From Bdellovibrionales bacterium (GTDB lineage: Bacteria > Bdellovibrionota > Bdellovibrionia > Bdellovibrionales > Bdellovibrionaceae): 58,816 bases of DNA. Below, in pieces: positions 8,874 through 18,495 of the stretch. Made by a program: the position numbers and the translations under genes. The DNA lies in contig JANMPT010000112.1 of the NCBI GenBank assembly GCA_031370005.1, positions 1 to 58,816 on the forward strand, given 5' to 3'. A model generated the notes under the pieces. That model made no database searches. It was not told the DNA's origin and saw only the letters and a list, made by a program, of their open reading frames with translations. The first letter of the stretch is position 1, and each line of letters opens with the position of its first letter.

Positions 8874-9024
8874 TTTATTCTCCTTGGTTGTTAAGACTTT
8901 CGTCGTCGTTTCGTGAAATCAGTTATAAGCGCGGCCTGGACCAACTTCCAGATTTGTTAAGTAAAAGTTTGGCCTATTTGGTAACTAATTGGTAAATATA
9001 TGAGCCTTAAGTTACTATAATCAC

Positions 9025-9828
9025 ATGAAGGTCTTCGAGTTTAAGAACTACAAAGAGTTTTTGAGCCTGTGGCTGAAAGAGCATCCTAAGGGCGGCCGTG
9101 GCCAACTCAAAAAGATGGCGGACTATTTGAGGGTGTCCACCACCTTATTAAGCCAGGTGCTCAAAGCCGACAAGCATTTCAGTTTAGAAACCGCCGCCGA
9201 CATCACCGAATACGTGGGCCTGAACGAAAAAGAATCCGAGTACTTTATCTTGCTGGTCGAACACCAACGGGCCGGGGGCTTTAAGCTTAAAAAAATTCTC
9301 GAGAAAAAATTAGAGCGCGAACAGCAGGCGGGGACGCAACTGCAAAATCGCCTGCAGAAAGATCGTCAGCTTTCAGACGAAGAGAAAATGCAATTTTACT
9401 CGAGCTGGATGTATTCGGGCGTGCGACTATTAAGTGCGCTGCCCGAGATGTCCAACGCGCAGACCATCAGCGAACGGCTGAATATTCCGCTAGGCACCAT
9501 TCACAACGTGATCAACTTCTTGTTGGAAAAAAATCTGTGCGTAGTAAAGGACAACAGGCTGAGCTACGGCGCCTACCGCACCCATATCGGCAAGGATTCG
9601 CCCTTCGTGGTGAAGCATCATCAGAACTGGAGGCTGAAGGGCTTTCAATCCATGGAGCTTCGCCGCGACGAGGACTTATTTTTCACCCAACCCATGGCGC
9701 TGTCCCTCGAGGCTGCGGAAAAAATTCGGCTGATGCTTCCGGGGATCATCGAGCAGATCCACGCCATTAGTGGCCCCTCGGAAAGCGAAGTGATCCGTTG
9801 TATAAATCTGGATTGGTTCGAGTACTAA
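9025..9828 (+). CDS. TIGR02147/DUF4423 family HTH protein
   Basis: VFEFKNYKEFL, LLSQVLK, EYFILLVE, FYSSWMY, HHQNWR and the C-terminal INLDWF are typical of this family. Confidence 0.88.
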   Translation: MKVFEFKNYKEFLSLWLKEHPKGGRGQLKKMADYLRVSTTLLSQVLKADKHFSLETAADITEYVGLNEKESEYFILLVEHQRAGGFKLKKILEKKLEREQQAGTQLQNRLQKDRQLSDEEKMQFYSSWMYSGVRLLSALPEMSNAQTISERLNIPLGTIHNVINFLLEKNLCVVKDNRLSYGAYRTHIGKDSPFVVKHHQNWRLKGFQSMELRRDEDLFFTQPMALSLEAAEKIRLMLPGIIEQIHAISGPSESEVIRCINLDWFEY

Positions 9829-9999
9829 GCCCGAAAGCCCCAAAATCACGATGAAATTCTCGTCCGAAGGTGTCGATTTGAGCTTTACGGACGCTGCCTT
9901 CGGATAAAAACGTATCAAATATTTTTTGAACTAGTGTAGCTTCTTTTTCGTTAATGAGAATCGTAGAACCGTAGAACCCGAAAAGCGATATTTGAAAAT

Positions 10000-10076
<77 letters not shown>

Positions 10077-10182
10077 ACAGAGGTAGGGAGAATAGATAAT
10101 TTGGAGCCAGTTTGTCAAACCCGCATAGCATAACGCAAGATGATATTTGAAGCTGGCCTAAGAAGAGTTTAAGCTTTTAATC

Positions 10183-10848
10183 ATGGAAAAATTCTTTAAT
10201 TCATTGCCGAAACCTGTGCTCGCGATTCTTGTCATCCTTGTTGCACTTGCTTTTTTTATGCTCAACGATCCTCCTCACACTATTTGCGATGTTCAGGCTG
10301 GTAACCTCAAGGAGTCCCTTAGGGGGAAGCTATTTCCGGCCACAGTAAATAAGAACAAAATCCCGCCCTTAATTGGGCAGGCTCAGGAGATTTGTCAGCA
10401 GGGGAATAGTGCGGGCTCTTGCTTTGAGTATTTCAGCATTCTCCGAAAAGCCGCTCGGGATATTAAAAACCTCTCCTCTGATTGCCGAAGTGAGCTTGTC
10501 GGTATCCCTGAAATTCGGAAGGCCCTCAGGGAGGGGGTTGTTTTGATGGCCAAGATGTCTTGGGGAAGTCATCCTCCGGAGCCAGGAATGGCTCGGTTTG
10601 GTTGGTTGTCTGATTCGGAGCTTGGGTTGTTCTGCCTAATTAAGGATATCTACACCCAGAGCCTCGGTGAAGAGGCCTGGGGCGAGTTTCGTTTGAGTAT
10701 ATTTAAAGAACTTCCCGGTGCGTTTCTGCCGAATAAACCTGGTGGCAGCAATATTGACGGTGAGGCTCCAAAGGCGATATTATCGATGACAGAAAAAGAT
10801 ATGTGGTCCCGAAGCATTTTCTCGGTTCGCTGCGAAAATTATCGTTAG
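10183..10848 (+). CDS. Membrane-anchored Cys-rich hypothetical protein
   Basis: N-terminal TM helix followed by 6 Cys in the exported part. Confidence 0.8.
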   Translation: MEKFFNSLPKPVLAILVILVALAFFMLNDPPHTICDVQAGNLKESLRGKLFPATVNKNKIPPLIGQAQEICQQGNSAGSCFEYFSILRKAARDIKNLSSDCRSELVGIPEIRKALREGVVLMAKMSWGSHPPEPGMARFGWLSDSELGLFCLIKDIYTQSLGEEAWGEFRLSIFKELPGAFLPNKPGGSNIDGEAPKAILSMTEKDMWSRSIFSVRCENYR

Positions 10849-11042
10849 TAGGAAATCAATTTTAGATTTGCCCACTGCGGGAGGAGGCCCACAAGGTGAG
10901 TTTCTCCCACGAAGAAAAATTTCTGGTCTTTCATGTTGGCAATTTTGAATTTCTGTTCACTTAGCATACAAATGGTCCACTCTGCGGGATTGAGACCAAA
11001 TTTTTTTAGGTCATTTTTTAGATTCCAGTGAGTTCTACACAT
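10845..11042 (-). CDS. Small hypothetical protein
   Basis: 65 aa ORF with GAGGGGG RBS; fills the intergenic gap. Confidence 0.55.
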   Translation of the reverse strand: MCRTHWNLKNDLKKFGLNPAEWTICMLSEQKFKIANMKDQKFFFVGETHLVGLLPQWANLKLISY

Positions 11043-11196
11043 AAGTCCCCCTCGATTTTAATTTTTATTGGCTTCAGCAGTCATATGTCTCTTTGCAAAA
11101 GAGAGCCCGTATTGCTGGAGGGATGAGCGGCAATTAGCTTGATCCGAGCTTTTCGGATGCTTGTTTTGTATCAAGCTTTGGAATACCGTCTGAGAT

Positions 11197-11577
11197 ATGA
11201 GACAGAAGAAATTTTTAGTTTATGTGGCGATTCAAGCCCTGGTTCTAGTGTGCGTTGCTTTTATTTTTAAGCTCAACTTAGAAGTGAAGCTGGCGTCGGT
11301 TGAGGCAGGGTCCTTGTTTGTAGCGATCCCTTTAGCTCTAGGCATAGTGGAATGGAAACAATCCGGATTCTTCCGGATGAGTTTTTATATAGGTCTTTTG
11401 CAGTTTTGGATTTTCTTTGCATTGCCAATACTAGGGCTACGACTTTTTAATTGGGATGCGCCCTTTAGTGAGTTATCGATTTTAGGGGTTCCAGGCACAG
11501 TCTTGCACCAGTATGCCAACTATAGTTATATCTTGATGATGGCTTTGACCTTATGGAATTACCTGCGTCGAAGATAG
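11197..11577 (+). CDS. Small 4-TM membrane protein
   Basis: Four hydrophobic segments. Confidence 0.75.
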   Translation: MRQKKFLVYVAIQALVLVCVAFIFKLNLEVKLASVEAGSLFVAIPLALGIVEWKQSGFFRMSFYIGLLQFWIFFALPILGLRLFNWDAPFSELSILGVPGTVLHQYANYSYILMMALTLWNYLRRR

Positions 11578-11610
11578 TTGTTTGGCCCTAGTAAGGCTGT
11601 GGAAAATATA

Positions 11611-11640
11611 AAAAGCCAAGGTTTAGGCCTTGGCTTTTTG
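11611..11640. terminator. Bidirectional terminator
   Basis: aaaagccaagg-tttagg-ccttggctttt between convergent genes. Confidence 0.8.
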
Positions 11641-11667
11641 TATTTATTACGAAATTTATTGGAAAAA

Positions 11668-11937
11668 CTAAATTTCGAAAGGAACTGGAGAGATTGACTC
11701 AGTTCTGTTGAAAGTATCGTAAGCAGGCATTCCATTAGGAAGAAGAGCAAGGCTGCGAGCCTTCTTAACAGCACCGGCAACTTGCTTTTGCTGAGCTATA
11801 CTTAGTTTTGATATTCTAGAGGGCGTAATTTTGCCGCCATCACTAACGAAACGAGTTAGAGAAGACGGATCTTTATAATCAAAGATATGATCGCCCGAGA
11901 ACTCTTGTCTATACTTGCTTTTTGCAGCCTTTTTCAT
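11668..11937 (-). CDS. rpsR: 30S ribosomal protein S18 (Zn-free type)
   Basis: FDYKD..LTRFVSDGGKITPSRIS...QQKQVAGAVKKARSLALLP. Confidence 0.95.
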   Translation of the reverse strand: MKKAAKSKYRQEFSGDHIFDYKDPSSLTRFVSDGGKITPSRISKLSIAQQKQVAGAVKKARSLALLPNGMPAYDTFNRTESISPVPFEI

Positions 11938-12058
11938 TAATTTATCCTCTTCATATTAGTGAGTCGATGTATATACGACAAAATTCTGTTGCCAACAAGT
12001 GTCTTTTTTCATATACGAATGATTCTTGTTTCAGCTGATTAATTTTAAGGAGCTTCAA

Positions 12059-12349
12059 ATGAGCAGATGCGAACTAACTGGAAAGGGCCCTGTTGTTAAG
12101 AACTTGGTAAGCCATTCCAATATTAAAACTAAATCTATAGCTCAGCCAAATGTTCAGAAAAAACGCGTATTTAGTCGCAGCCTGAACGAAATGGTGAGAC
12201 TGCAAATCGCGACAAGTGCTCTCCGTGACATGGAGCATATGGGTGGATTTGATAGCTTTATTCTCAATCAAGACGATAAAGGCCTTTCAAAGCGCGCTTT
12301 GGCAGTGAAGCTTAAAATCAAAAAGAAAATTGGCTCAAGCAAGAAATAA
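12059..12349 (+). CDS. rpmB: 50S ribosomal protein L28
   Basis: MSRCELTGKGP...VSHSNIKTK...PNVQ; start moved to the ATG at 12059 after AAGGAG. Confidence 0.95.
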   Translation: MSRCELTGKGPVVKNLVSHSNIKTKSIAQPNVQKKRVFSRSLNEMVRLQIATSALRDMEHMGGFDSFILNQDDKGLSKRALAVKLKIKKKIGSSKK

Positions 12350-12364
12350 TTAAGGGAGCAGACC

Positions 12365-12628
12365 GTGATTAAACTAAAAATCAAAAAAGGTGCTACAGTA
12401 CAAGTTATCTGTGGCTCTGATAAGGGCAAAAAAGGCACCGTATTGGCTATTAATATGAAGGCCATGAAAATCCAAGTTCAGGGCGTGAAGGTGCAAACTC
12501 ATTTTGACAAAAAAGATGGTTTGTTGAAAAAAGAAGGATTCATTGATTACTCCAATGTGAAGCTTCTGGATGCTCCAGCCAAGGAGAAGAAAACTTCGAA
12601 AAAAGCAGCTAAATCAAAAAGTGCATAA
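12365..12628 (+). CDS. rplX: 50S ribosomal protein L24 (short)
   Basis: KOW motif KIKKGATVQVICGSDKGKKGTV and KEGFIDYSNVKL. Confidence 0.92.
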   Translation: MIKLKIKKGATVQVICGSDKGKKGTVLAINMKAMKIQVQGVKVQTHFDKKDGLLKKEGFIDYSNVKLLDAPAKEKKTSKKAAKSKSA

Positions 12629-12676
12629 TTGATGGTGTTGATGCAAAAAGGCCTTTCTTTTTTTGTATTCTCACAT

Positions 12677-12973
12677 ATGGGCTCTGGAATCAGGGCCTTT
12701 ATCATTTTTCTAAGCTTATGTTGTGCTTCCTTTTCTATGGCGACTACCCTCATTTGTAAAAATGAAAATACAATTCGAACTTTAAGAACCGATAGGACCC
12801 CCAGCGGATGTCGGGCTGTTTACACGAAGCTAGGTGTAGATCATATTGTGGGCTCCTCAGTGCACGACACTAATTGTGAGAATATCATAGCCGGTATTCG
12901 CAAGACCCTTGAAGACAGTGTTTGGAAATGTCGTAACATTAAAGAAGCTGTTATTTCCAATCTTTCAGAATAA
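12677..12973 (+). CDS. Secreted hypothetical protein
   Basis: Signal peptide from MGSGIRAF.., Cys pairs; start uncertain. Confidence 0.7.
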   Translation: MGSGIRAFIIFLSLCCASFSMATTLICKNENTIRTLRTDRTPSGCRAVYTKLGVDHIVGSSVHDTNCENIIAGIRKTLEDSVWKCRNIKEAVISNLSE

Positions 12974-13049
12974 TTTTTAGAAAATGCATTTCATTCCAGA
13001 CCAGAATTCCCTATGCTAATGTGAGAATGGATACGCCTGGGAGGAAGCT

Positions 13050-13883
13050 ATGTCTCAAGATCTAAAAGTGGCTTTATGTCAGATGACCTCAGTTGATGAT
13101 ATGAAAGAGAACCTCCAACAAATTGAGACCCTGGTTGGAGAGGTTGCGGAAAATTCTGGGGTTCGCCTATTTTGCTTTCCTGAAAACTGCCTTTATATGC
13201 GACTCAAAGAGGGCGAGGCTCTTCCTGCTTTAACCTTACAAGACAGCATATTTAAGGATCTCGCAGTTATTGCTCGTGATAGAAAGGCTTATTTTCATCT
13301 AGGCTCTGTGCCGCTTCAGATGGGAGACTTTCTTTACAACTCCTCGGTGATAATTTCCGATGAGGGGAAAGTTGAGTCGAGTTATCAGAAAATTCATTTA
13401 TTTGATATCCATCTTACTGGACAAAAGGCCATTCGTGAATCCGATGTTTTTCGCCATGGTGTTGGACCCGGTATTTTTATGATTGATGGCTGGAAGATTG
13501 CGCAGAGCATTTGCTATGATCTGCGATTTGCTGAACTATACTCTCAATACGCACGAGAGCATGTTGATGTGATTTTAGTGCCATCGGCTTTTTTGGTTAA
13601 AACCGGAGAGGCTCACTGGGAGGTCCTATTGCGCGCGCGCGCGATTGAGAGTCAGTGCTACATTGTTGCTAGCGCACAGGCAGGGCACCACGAGAGCACT
13701 CACGGCAGCGGGAGTCGTGAGACCTATGGTCACTCTTTAATTGTCGAACCTTTTGGCGCAATGGCTGTTCATTTGGACGGTATCAGCAAGCAGACAGAGG
13801 TCTGTTTGCTTTCCAAAGCCGAAATAGAGCATGTTCGCAGGCAAATTCCGATGTCGCAACACCGCCGGGTTTCATTAAAATAG
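13050..13883 (+). CDS. Carbon-nitrogen hydrolase (Nit1-like)
   Basis: FPEN, YQKIHLFD, SICYDLRF, HWEVLLRARAIE. Confidence 0.93.
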   Translation: MSQDLKVALCQMTSVDDMKENLQQIETLVGEVAENSGVRLFCFPENCLYMRLKEGEALPALTLQDSIFKDLAVIARDRKAYFHLGSVPLQMGDFLYNSSVIISDEGKVESSYQKIHLFDIHLTGQKAIRESDVFRHGVGPGIFMIDGWKIAQSICYDLRFAELYSQYAREHVDVILVPSAFLVKTGEAHWEVLLRARAIESQCYIVASAQAGHHESTHGSGSRETYGHSLIVEPFGAMAVHLDGISKQTEVCLLSKAEIEHVRRQIPMSQHRRVSLK

Positions 13884-13957
13884 GAATCAATTCGAAGGTG
13901 ACATTAATCTCAATTTGTTTTCAAATTACCACTAGTGGAAGATAAAGGGGAGGGCCC

Positions 13958-14227
13958 ATGACTCAGCAACATATGCTTGGAGTTCGTCTTGGACTTACAT
14001 TCATCGCATTCAGTATTGTTCTTTCTTCATTAGCTCATGCGGAGGAAGTAATTGCAGGCTCAGTGTATGACGAGTCGAAAGAGTCAGAAGTTCTACAAAG
14101 AGCTCGTCACCGTGCCTATCCAGGGGGGCGTGATGAGGGCGATCTTGTGGTCCAATCTCAATTAACGACTCCTGTACGTAAGATGGCGCCTCAAGTTGAG
14201 GGCACTGAAAGCTCAGCAGACGACTAA
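13958..14227 (+). CDS. Small secreted hypothetical protein
   Basis: Signal peptide ending AHA, strong RBS, RAYPGGRDE motif. Confidence 0.75.
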   Translation: MTQQHMLGVRLGLTFIAFSIVLSSLAHAEEVIAGSVYDESKESEVLQRARHRAYPGGRDEGDLVVQSQLTTPVRKMAPQVEGTESSADD

Positions 14228-14274
14228 GTTGTTATCTATTCTAGGTCTGGAACTATTTTTTTTGGAGATAAAGC

Positions 14275-16005
14275 ATGGCAATCAATGATCAACTTCCTGA
14301 AGGTGTGACTCGTGAGACAATGGATGTCGATGTTCTGATTGTGGGCGGTGGCGCGGCGGGGCTCTCCTGTGCCTTGCATTTACAAAATCAAATTGAAAAA
14401 CATAATCAAGAAATTGCCTCTGGTAAAAAACAGGGCTCTGCCATTTCTGAACAAATGATTGTGGTTTTGGAAAAGGGTTCCGAGATAGGGGCTCATAGTT
14501 TCTCAGGAGCGGTTTTTAATACCAAAGCGCTTGAAGAACTTATGTCAGATTTTAAAGCTCAAGGATGTCCCCTGGATGCAGAGGTGATCAAAGATGCTGT
14601 TTACTATTTGGGGAAAGAGTCCGCATTTAAACTGCCAATGACTCCTCCGCCTTTTCGCAACACTGGCCATCACATCATTTCTTTGTCGAAATTCAATCGC
14701 TGGCTAGCGGAGAAGTGCGAAGCCAAAGGTATTAATATCTTTCCAGGCTTCGCCGCTGTGGAGGCCTTATATAATGGCGATAAAATCGTAGGAGTTCGTA
14801 CCGGCGATAAGGGTCGTGATAAAAATGGAAATCCAAAAGCGAATTTTGAGCCTGGTTTGATATTAAATTCAAAATGCGTGATTTTTGCTGAAGGAACTAG
14901 GGGCTCTTTATTTCAAAAAGTTTCAAAGAAACTAAATCTCCGTGCTGGTAAAAACGAAGAGGTTTTTGAAGAGGGTGTTAAGGAAATTATTCAAATGCCT
15001 GTGGGCACGGTGGAACCTGGTCAGGTCATTCATACGATGGGATTTCCACTGCATAAATCAATTGGTGGTAGTTTCATTTATACACTTCCAGACGATAAGA
15101 TTATTGTGGGCTTAGTTGCTTATTTGGATACCAATGATCCTTTGCTGGATCCACACCGCGAATTGCAAAAGCTGAAAACTCATCCTTTTATGCAAAAGAT
15201 GCTAAAGGGCGGTAAGGTCATTGCCTACGGGGGTAAGACTTTACCGGCGGGTGGTTGGTATTCAATGCCAAAGCTCAATGGTGATGGTTGGATGGTATGC
15301 GGAGACTCTGCCAGCATGGTAGATGTCCAAAAGCTCAAGGGTATTCACTTGGCAATGAAGTCGGGGATGGCTGCTGCGGAAGTCGCTTTGGAAGGAATTA
15401 TTAAGAGTGATTTTTCAAGTGCTGTGACTAATAGCTATGAGCAAAAAATTCACGAAAGCTATGTAAAGAAAGAGCTATATAAAGTTCGCAACTTTCATCA
15501 GACATTAAGTAAAGGTCTTCTAGAATCTTTGCCTTTGATTGCACTTCAAGAGATTACAGGCGGTCATGGATTGAAAGATAATTTGCCTGCCCATAAGGAT
15601 TCTAAGACAACTCATAAGGTAGTTGAGATCTGGGGTTCTGAGGGCCTGAATGCTCCAGAAAACAAACTGCCCCAACCGGATGGGCAGCTTTTTTTTGACA
15701 AACTATCAAGTGTTTATCTAACTGGCACTATGCACGACGAGAACTCTCCAAATCATCTGTTGATTGGCGATGGTGATATTTGCAGAGTCATTTGCGAGCC
15801 TCAGTACAAGTCACCATGTAATCATTTCTGTCCAGCAAGTGTATATGAAATGTTGCCCTCCCAAAAGCACCAGGGGCAATTTGAACTTCAGGTAAACTAT
15901 ACCAATTGTATTCACTGTAAGACTTGTGATATCAAGTGTCCGTTCGAAAACATCGAATGGACGGCGCCCGAGGGAGGCGGCGGCCCACAATACAGGGAAA
16001 CGTAA
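14275..16005 (+). CDS. Electron transfer flavoprotein-ubiquinone oxidoreductase
   Basis: GGGAAG FAD motif, EKGSEIGAHSFSGA, KGIHLAMKSG, C-terminal CIHCKTCDIKCP...APEGGGGP. Confidence 0.96.
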   Translation: MAINDQLPEGVTRETMDVDVLIVGGGAAGLSCALHLQNQIEKHNQEIASGKKQGSAISEQMIVVLEKGSEIGAHSFSGAVFNTKALEELMSDFKAQGCPLDAEVIKDAVYYLGKESAFKLPMTPPPFRNTGHHIISLSKFNRWLAEKCEAKGINIFPGFAAVEALYNGDKIVGVRTGDKGRDKNGNPKANFEPGLILNSKCVIFAEGTRGSLFQKVSKKLNLRAGKNEEVFEEGVKEIIQMPVGTVEPGQVIHTMGFPLHKSIGGSFIYTLPDDKIIVGLVAYLDTNDPLLDPHRELQKLKTHPFMQKMLKGGKVIAYGGKTLPAGGWYSMPKLNGDGWMVCGDSASMVDVQKLKGIHLAMKSGMAAAEVALEGIIKSDFSSAVTNSYEQKIHESYVKKELYKVRNFHQTLSKGLLESLPLIALQEITGGHGLKDNLPAHKDSKTTHKVVEIWGSEGLNAPENKLPQPDGQLFFDKLSSVYLTGTMHDENSPNHLLIGDGDICRVICEPQYKSPCNHFCPASVYEMLPSQKHQGQFELQVNYTNCIHCKTCDIKCPFENIEWTAPEGGGGPQYRET

Positions 16006-16048
16006 TCACTGCGAGTGTCGTGAGCGTTTCTTAGACAGGAGCGTTCAT

Positions 16049-17173
16049 ATGCCAGAATTTTTCGCCTCTACACCTAAAGGTCTCGTCGAGGCCCTCGAAA
16101 AGGAACTCCAAGAATTAGGTCTCAAAGTTCTTGATAGAACTGCAGGCGGTATTTTTTTTGAGAGCAATTGGGAGGGGGCTTACAAAGCCAATCTTCATTC
16201 TCGTGTTGCCAGCCGTATTTTAAAGCCGGTTTTGGAGTTCACAGCTTATCAGCCGGAAGAATTGTACGAACAAATTTTGAATCACGATTTTACGAAGTAT
16301 ATTAAGCCCAATCAAACAATTTGCATTGATGCGACCATCAAAGAGTCTAAAATGCATGACCAGCGCTACGTAGCGATGAAGATCAAGGATGCGGTGGTCG
16401 ATCAATTCCGCGAAAAATTCGGTGTTCGTCCTGATGTGGATAACAATAGTCCAGACTTACGCATTCATGTGCGTGCAATGAAAAATCAGTTCATGGTTGC
16501 TATTGATCTTTCAGGAGATAGCTTATTTATGCGTGGTTATCGTAAAGAGGTGGGGGAAGCGCCTCTGAAAGAGAACTTAGCGGCAGGTCTTTTGTTGCTA
16601 ACTGAGTGGGATCGACAAAGCCCATTGGTGGACTTTATGATGGGTTCCGGTACCTTTTTAATTGAAGGGGCGATGATGGCTTTAAAAATCGCTCCCGGCC
16701 TTCACCGCAAGCATTTTGGTTTTCAACGTTGGTTGAATTATGATCAAGAGGCCTGGGGCAAGCTTGTCGACGAGGCCATAAGCCAAGAGATCGATGAATT
16801 GCCATTTAAGTTTTATGGATATGACGTTGACCGTCGGATGATTGTTGCAGCAAAGGAAAATGCTAGAAGTGCAGGCGTTGATCATGTGATTGAATTTAAA
16901 CGTGAGCCCGTGGCAACGGTGATTCCACCGGTAGAAAAGGGACTTGCGATCGTAAATCCTCCTTATGGAGCGCGAATTGGTGACGAGGATAATCTTCGCG
17001 ATGTCTATCGGGATCTTGGTTTCACACTCAAGCATCGCTTCAAAGGCTGGGATTGCTGGATACTTTCTGGTAATAAAGATTTGATTGGGGACCTAAAGTT
17101 GAAATCCACGCGAAAGCACTTTGTTTTCAATGGCAATATTGAATGCCGTTGGCTGAAGTACTCGATGTTCTAA
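16049..17173 (+). CDS. rlmL: THUMP-domain rRNA methyltransferase (stand-alone RlmL-like)
   Basis: THUMP domain, RGYR, APLKENLAA, GSGT, NPPYG. Start at the ATG at 16049 after AGGAG. Confidence 0.88.
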   Translation: MPEFFASTPKGLVEALEKELQELGLKVLDRTAGGIFFESNWEGAYKANLHSRVASRILKPVLEFTAYQPEELYEQILNHDFTKYIKPNQTICIDATIKESKMHDQRYVAMKIKDAVVDQFREKFGVRPDVDNNSPDLRIHVRAMKNQFMVAIDLSGDSLFMRGYRKEVGEAPLKENLAAGLLLLTEWDRQSPLVDFMMGSGTFLIEGAMMALKIAPGLHRKHFGFQRWLNYDQEAWGKLVDEAISQEIDELPFKFYGYDVDRRMIVAAKENARSAGVDHVIEFKREPVATVIPPVEKGLAIVNPPYGARIGDEDNLRDVYRDLGFTLKHRFKGWDCWILSGNKDLIGDLKLKSTRKHFVFNGNIECRWLKYSMF

Positions 17174-17177
17174 AGGC

Positions 17178-17217
17178 TTATAAAAAAAGGCACCTTGTTA
17201 GGTGCCTTTTTTTATAA
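17178..17217. terminator. Bidirectional terminator (perfect 18 bp stem)
   Basis: ttataaaaaaaggcacct-tgtt-aggtgcctttttttataa; overlaps the last codons of the deacetylase. Confidence 0.85.
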
Positions 17218-18319
17218 CTAACTTGCTGTTATATCGGTCATTGGGATTTGCTGACTTCAGCAGAACAATCGAGTAACCTTTAAAGTAGAGGTCCTTAAGA
17301 AGAGTCGGCAAGGCCTCAGCCGTCTTTCTTTGTATATCATGGAAAAGAATTATGCCCCTCTGACGCTCTTCAAGTTGCTTCATTGTAAAACTAATCATCT
17401 CAGCTGGCGTGCGGTTCTTCCAGTCCTCTGAGTCGATAGACCAATAAAACTCCCCAACACCCCGATCCGCTAAAAACTCTTTCAGCTCAGGTGATGATTC
17501 GCCATAAGGGAACCTGAAAAAAGGGTCAACCCAGCCAATGGCGTTATAAACAGCTTGATGTCCACCTGTAATTTCGGCTATTGCGTCTTCATAAGAAAGT
17601 ACGTGGCCATCGTTGCTTTTGGCGCAGATACTTTTGGAGGCTAGGCATTTATGGTCTATGGAGTGGCTTCCGATAGAGTGCCCGGCAGCAGCGACGCGTT
17701 TTAAAACCTCAGGGTTTGCTTTTACATTTTTTCCTACGGTGAAAAAGAGAGCTTTTGCATTGACCTCGGCCAGGGCACTTAAAATAGTATCTGTGTATTG
17801 TCCGTGGGGACCGTCATCAAAGGTCAAAAGGACTTCTTTGTTTTTAACATCGCCCGTATACGCCTTGTAGCCATGGGATACGTCCCTAGTTTGTATGTTA
17901 TCAGGAAATTTAAAAGAAGAAGTAGAGTCTAGAGGAACTATATGTGCAGTGGTCGAGATTTTTGCTTTTTCGATTTTCCAATAGTTCTCAAGTTTTTTTT
18001 GAAGTTCACTTTTGCAGGGCTCTAAAAGCTCTTTAAAATCTGGGTCTTTAATTTCTTCTTCAAAGAGAGCAAGTTCTTTAGGTGTTTTTTCGAGAAGCTC
18101 ATTGCAGACGTCCTCTGGGTCCGCCTTTGTGTCTTTCCAGCGCTTAAAGATAGAAGTGGAGTTGTGTTCTGAGGACTCCCATTCCGAGATGGTTTTAGCT
18201 TTTTCATTAGATTCTAAGGAGCTATTGATGTCATTTTTCACTTGTTGAGCGGTGGGGCGAGTGCAGGCCGCAGCAAGCAACAATAGAGGAATTATAAGGG
18301 TGTTTATGTAGGATTTCAT
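17198..18319 (-). CDS. Polysaccharide/peptidoglycan deacetylase (CE4) lipoprotein
   Basis: Lipobox LAAAC; CE4 motifs TFDDGP, HSIDH, FRFPYG, DSEDW, ILFHD. Confidence 0.93.
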   Translation of the reverse strand: MKSYINTLIIPLLLLAAACTRPTAQQVKNDINSSLESNEKAKTISEWESSEHNSTSIFKRWKDTKADPEDVCNELLEKTPKELALFEEEIKDPDFKELLEPCKSELQKKLENYWKIEKAKISTTAHIVPLDSTSSFKFPDNIQTRDVSHGYKAYTGDVKNKEVLLTFDDGPHGQYTDTILSALAEVNAKALFFTVGKNVKANPEVLKRVAAAGHSIGSHSIDHKCLASKSICAKSNDGHVLSYEDAIAEITGGHQAVYNAIGWVDPFFRFPYGESSPELKEFLADRGVGEFYWSIDSEDWKNRTPAEMISFTMKQLEERQRGIILFHDIQRKTAEALPTLLKDLYFKGYSIVLLKSANPNDRYNSKLVIKKGT

Positions 18320-18495
18320 AGATTCTCCAATAATTTAGAGGATATTAAACTGCGAGTGTAGTTTTTGGAAGGCATTGGGGGTAATTTATTTTTTTGAACT
18401 GTTTTAGAATACAGTCTTTCTAGCGGGCTGGAAATCGTCGAAATTATAGACAGGCATGAAATTTTGTACTTATCTTTAAATATGGATATGAAAAT

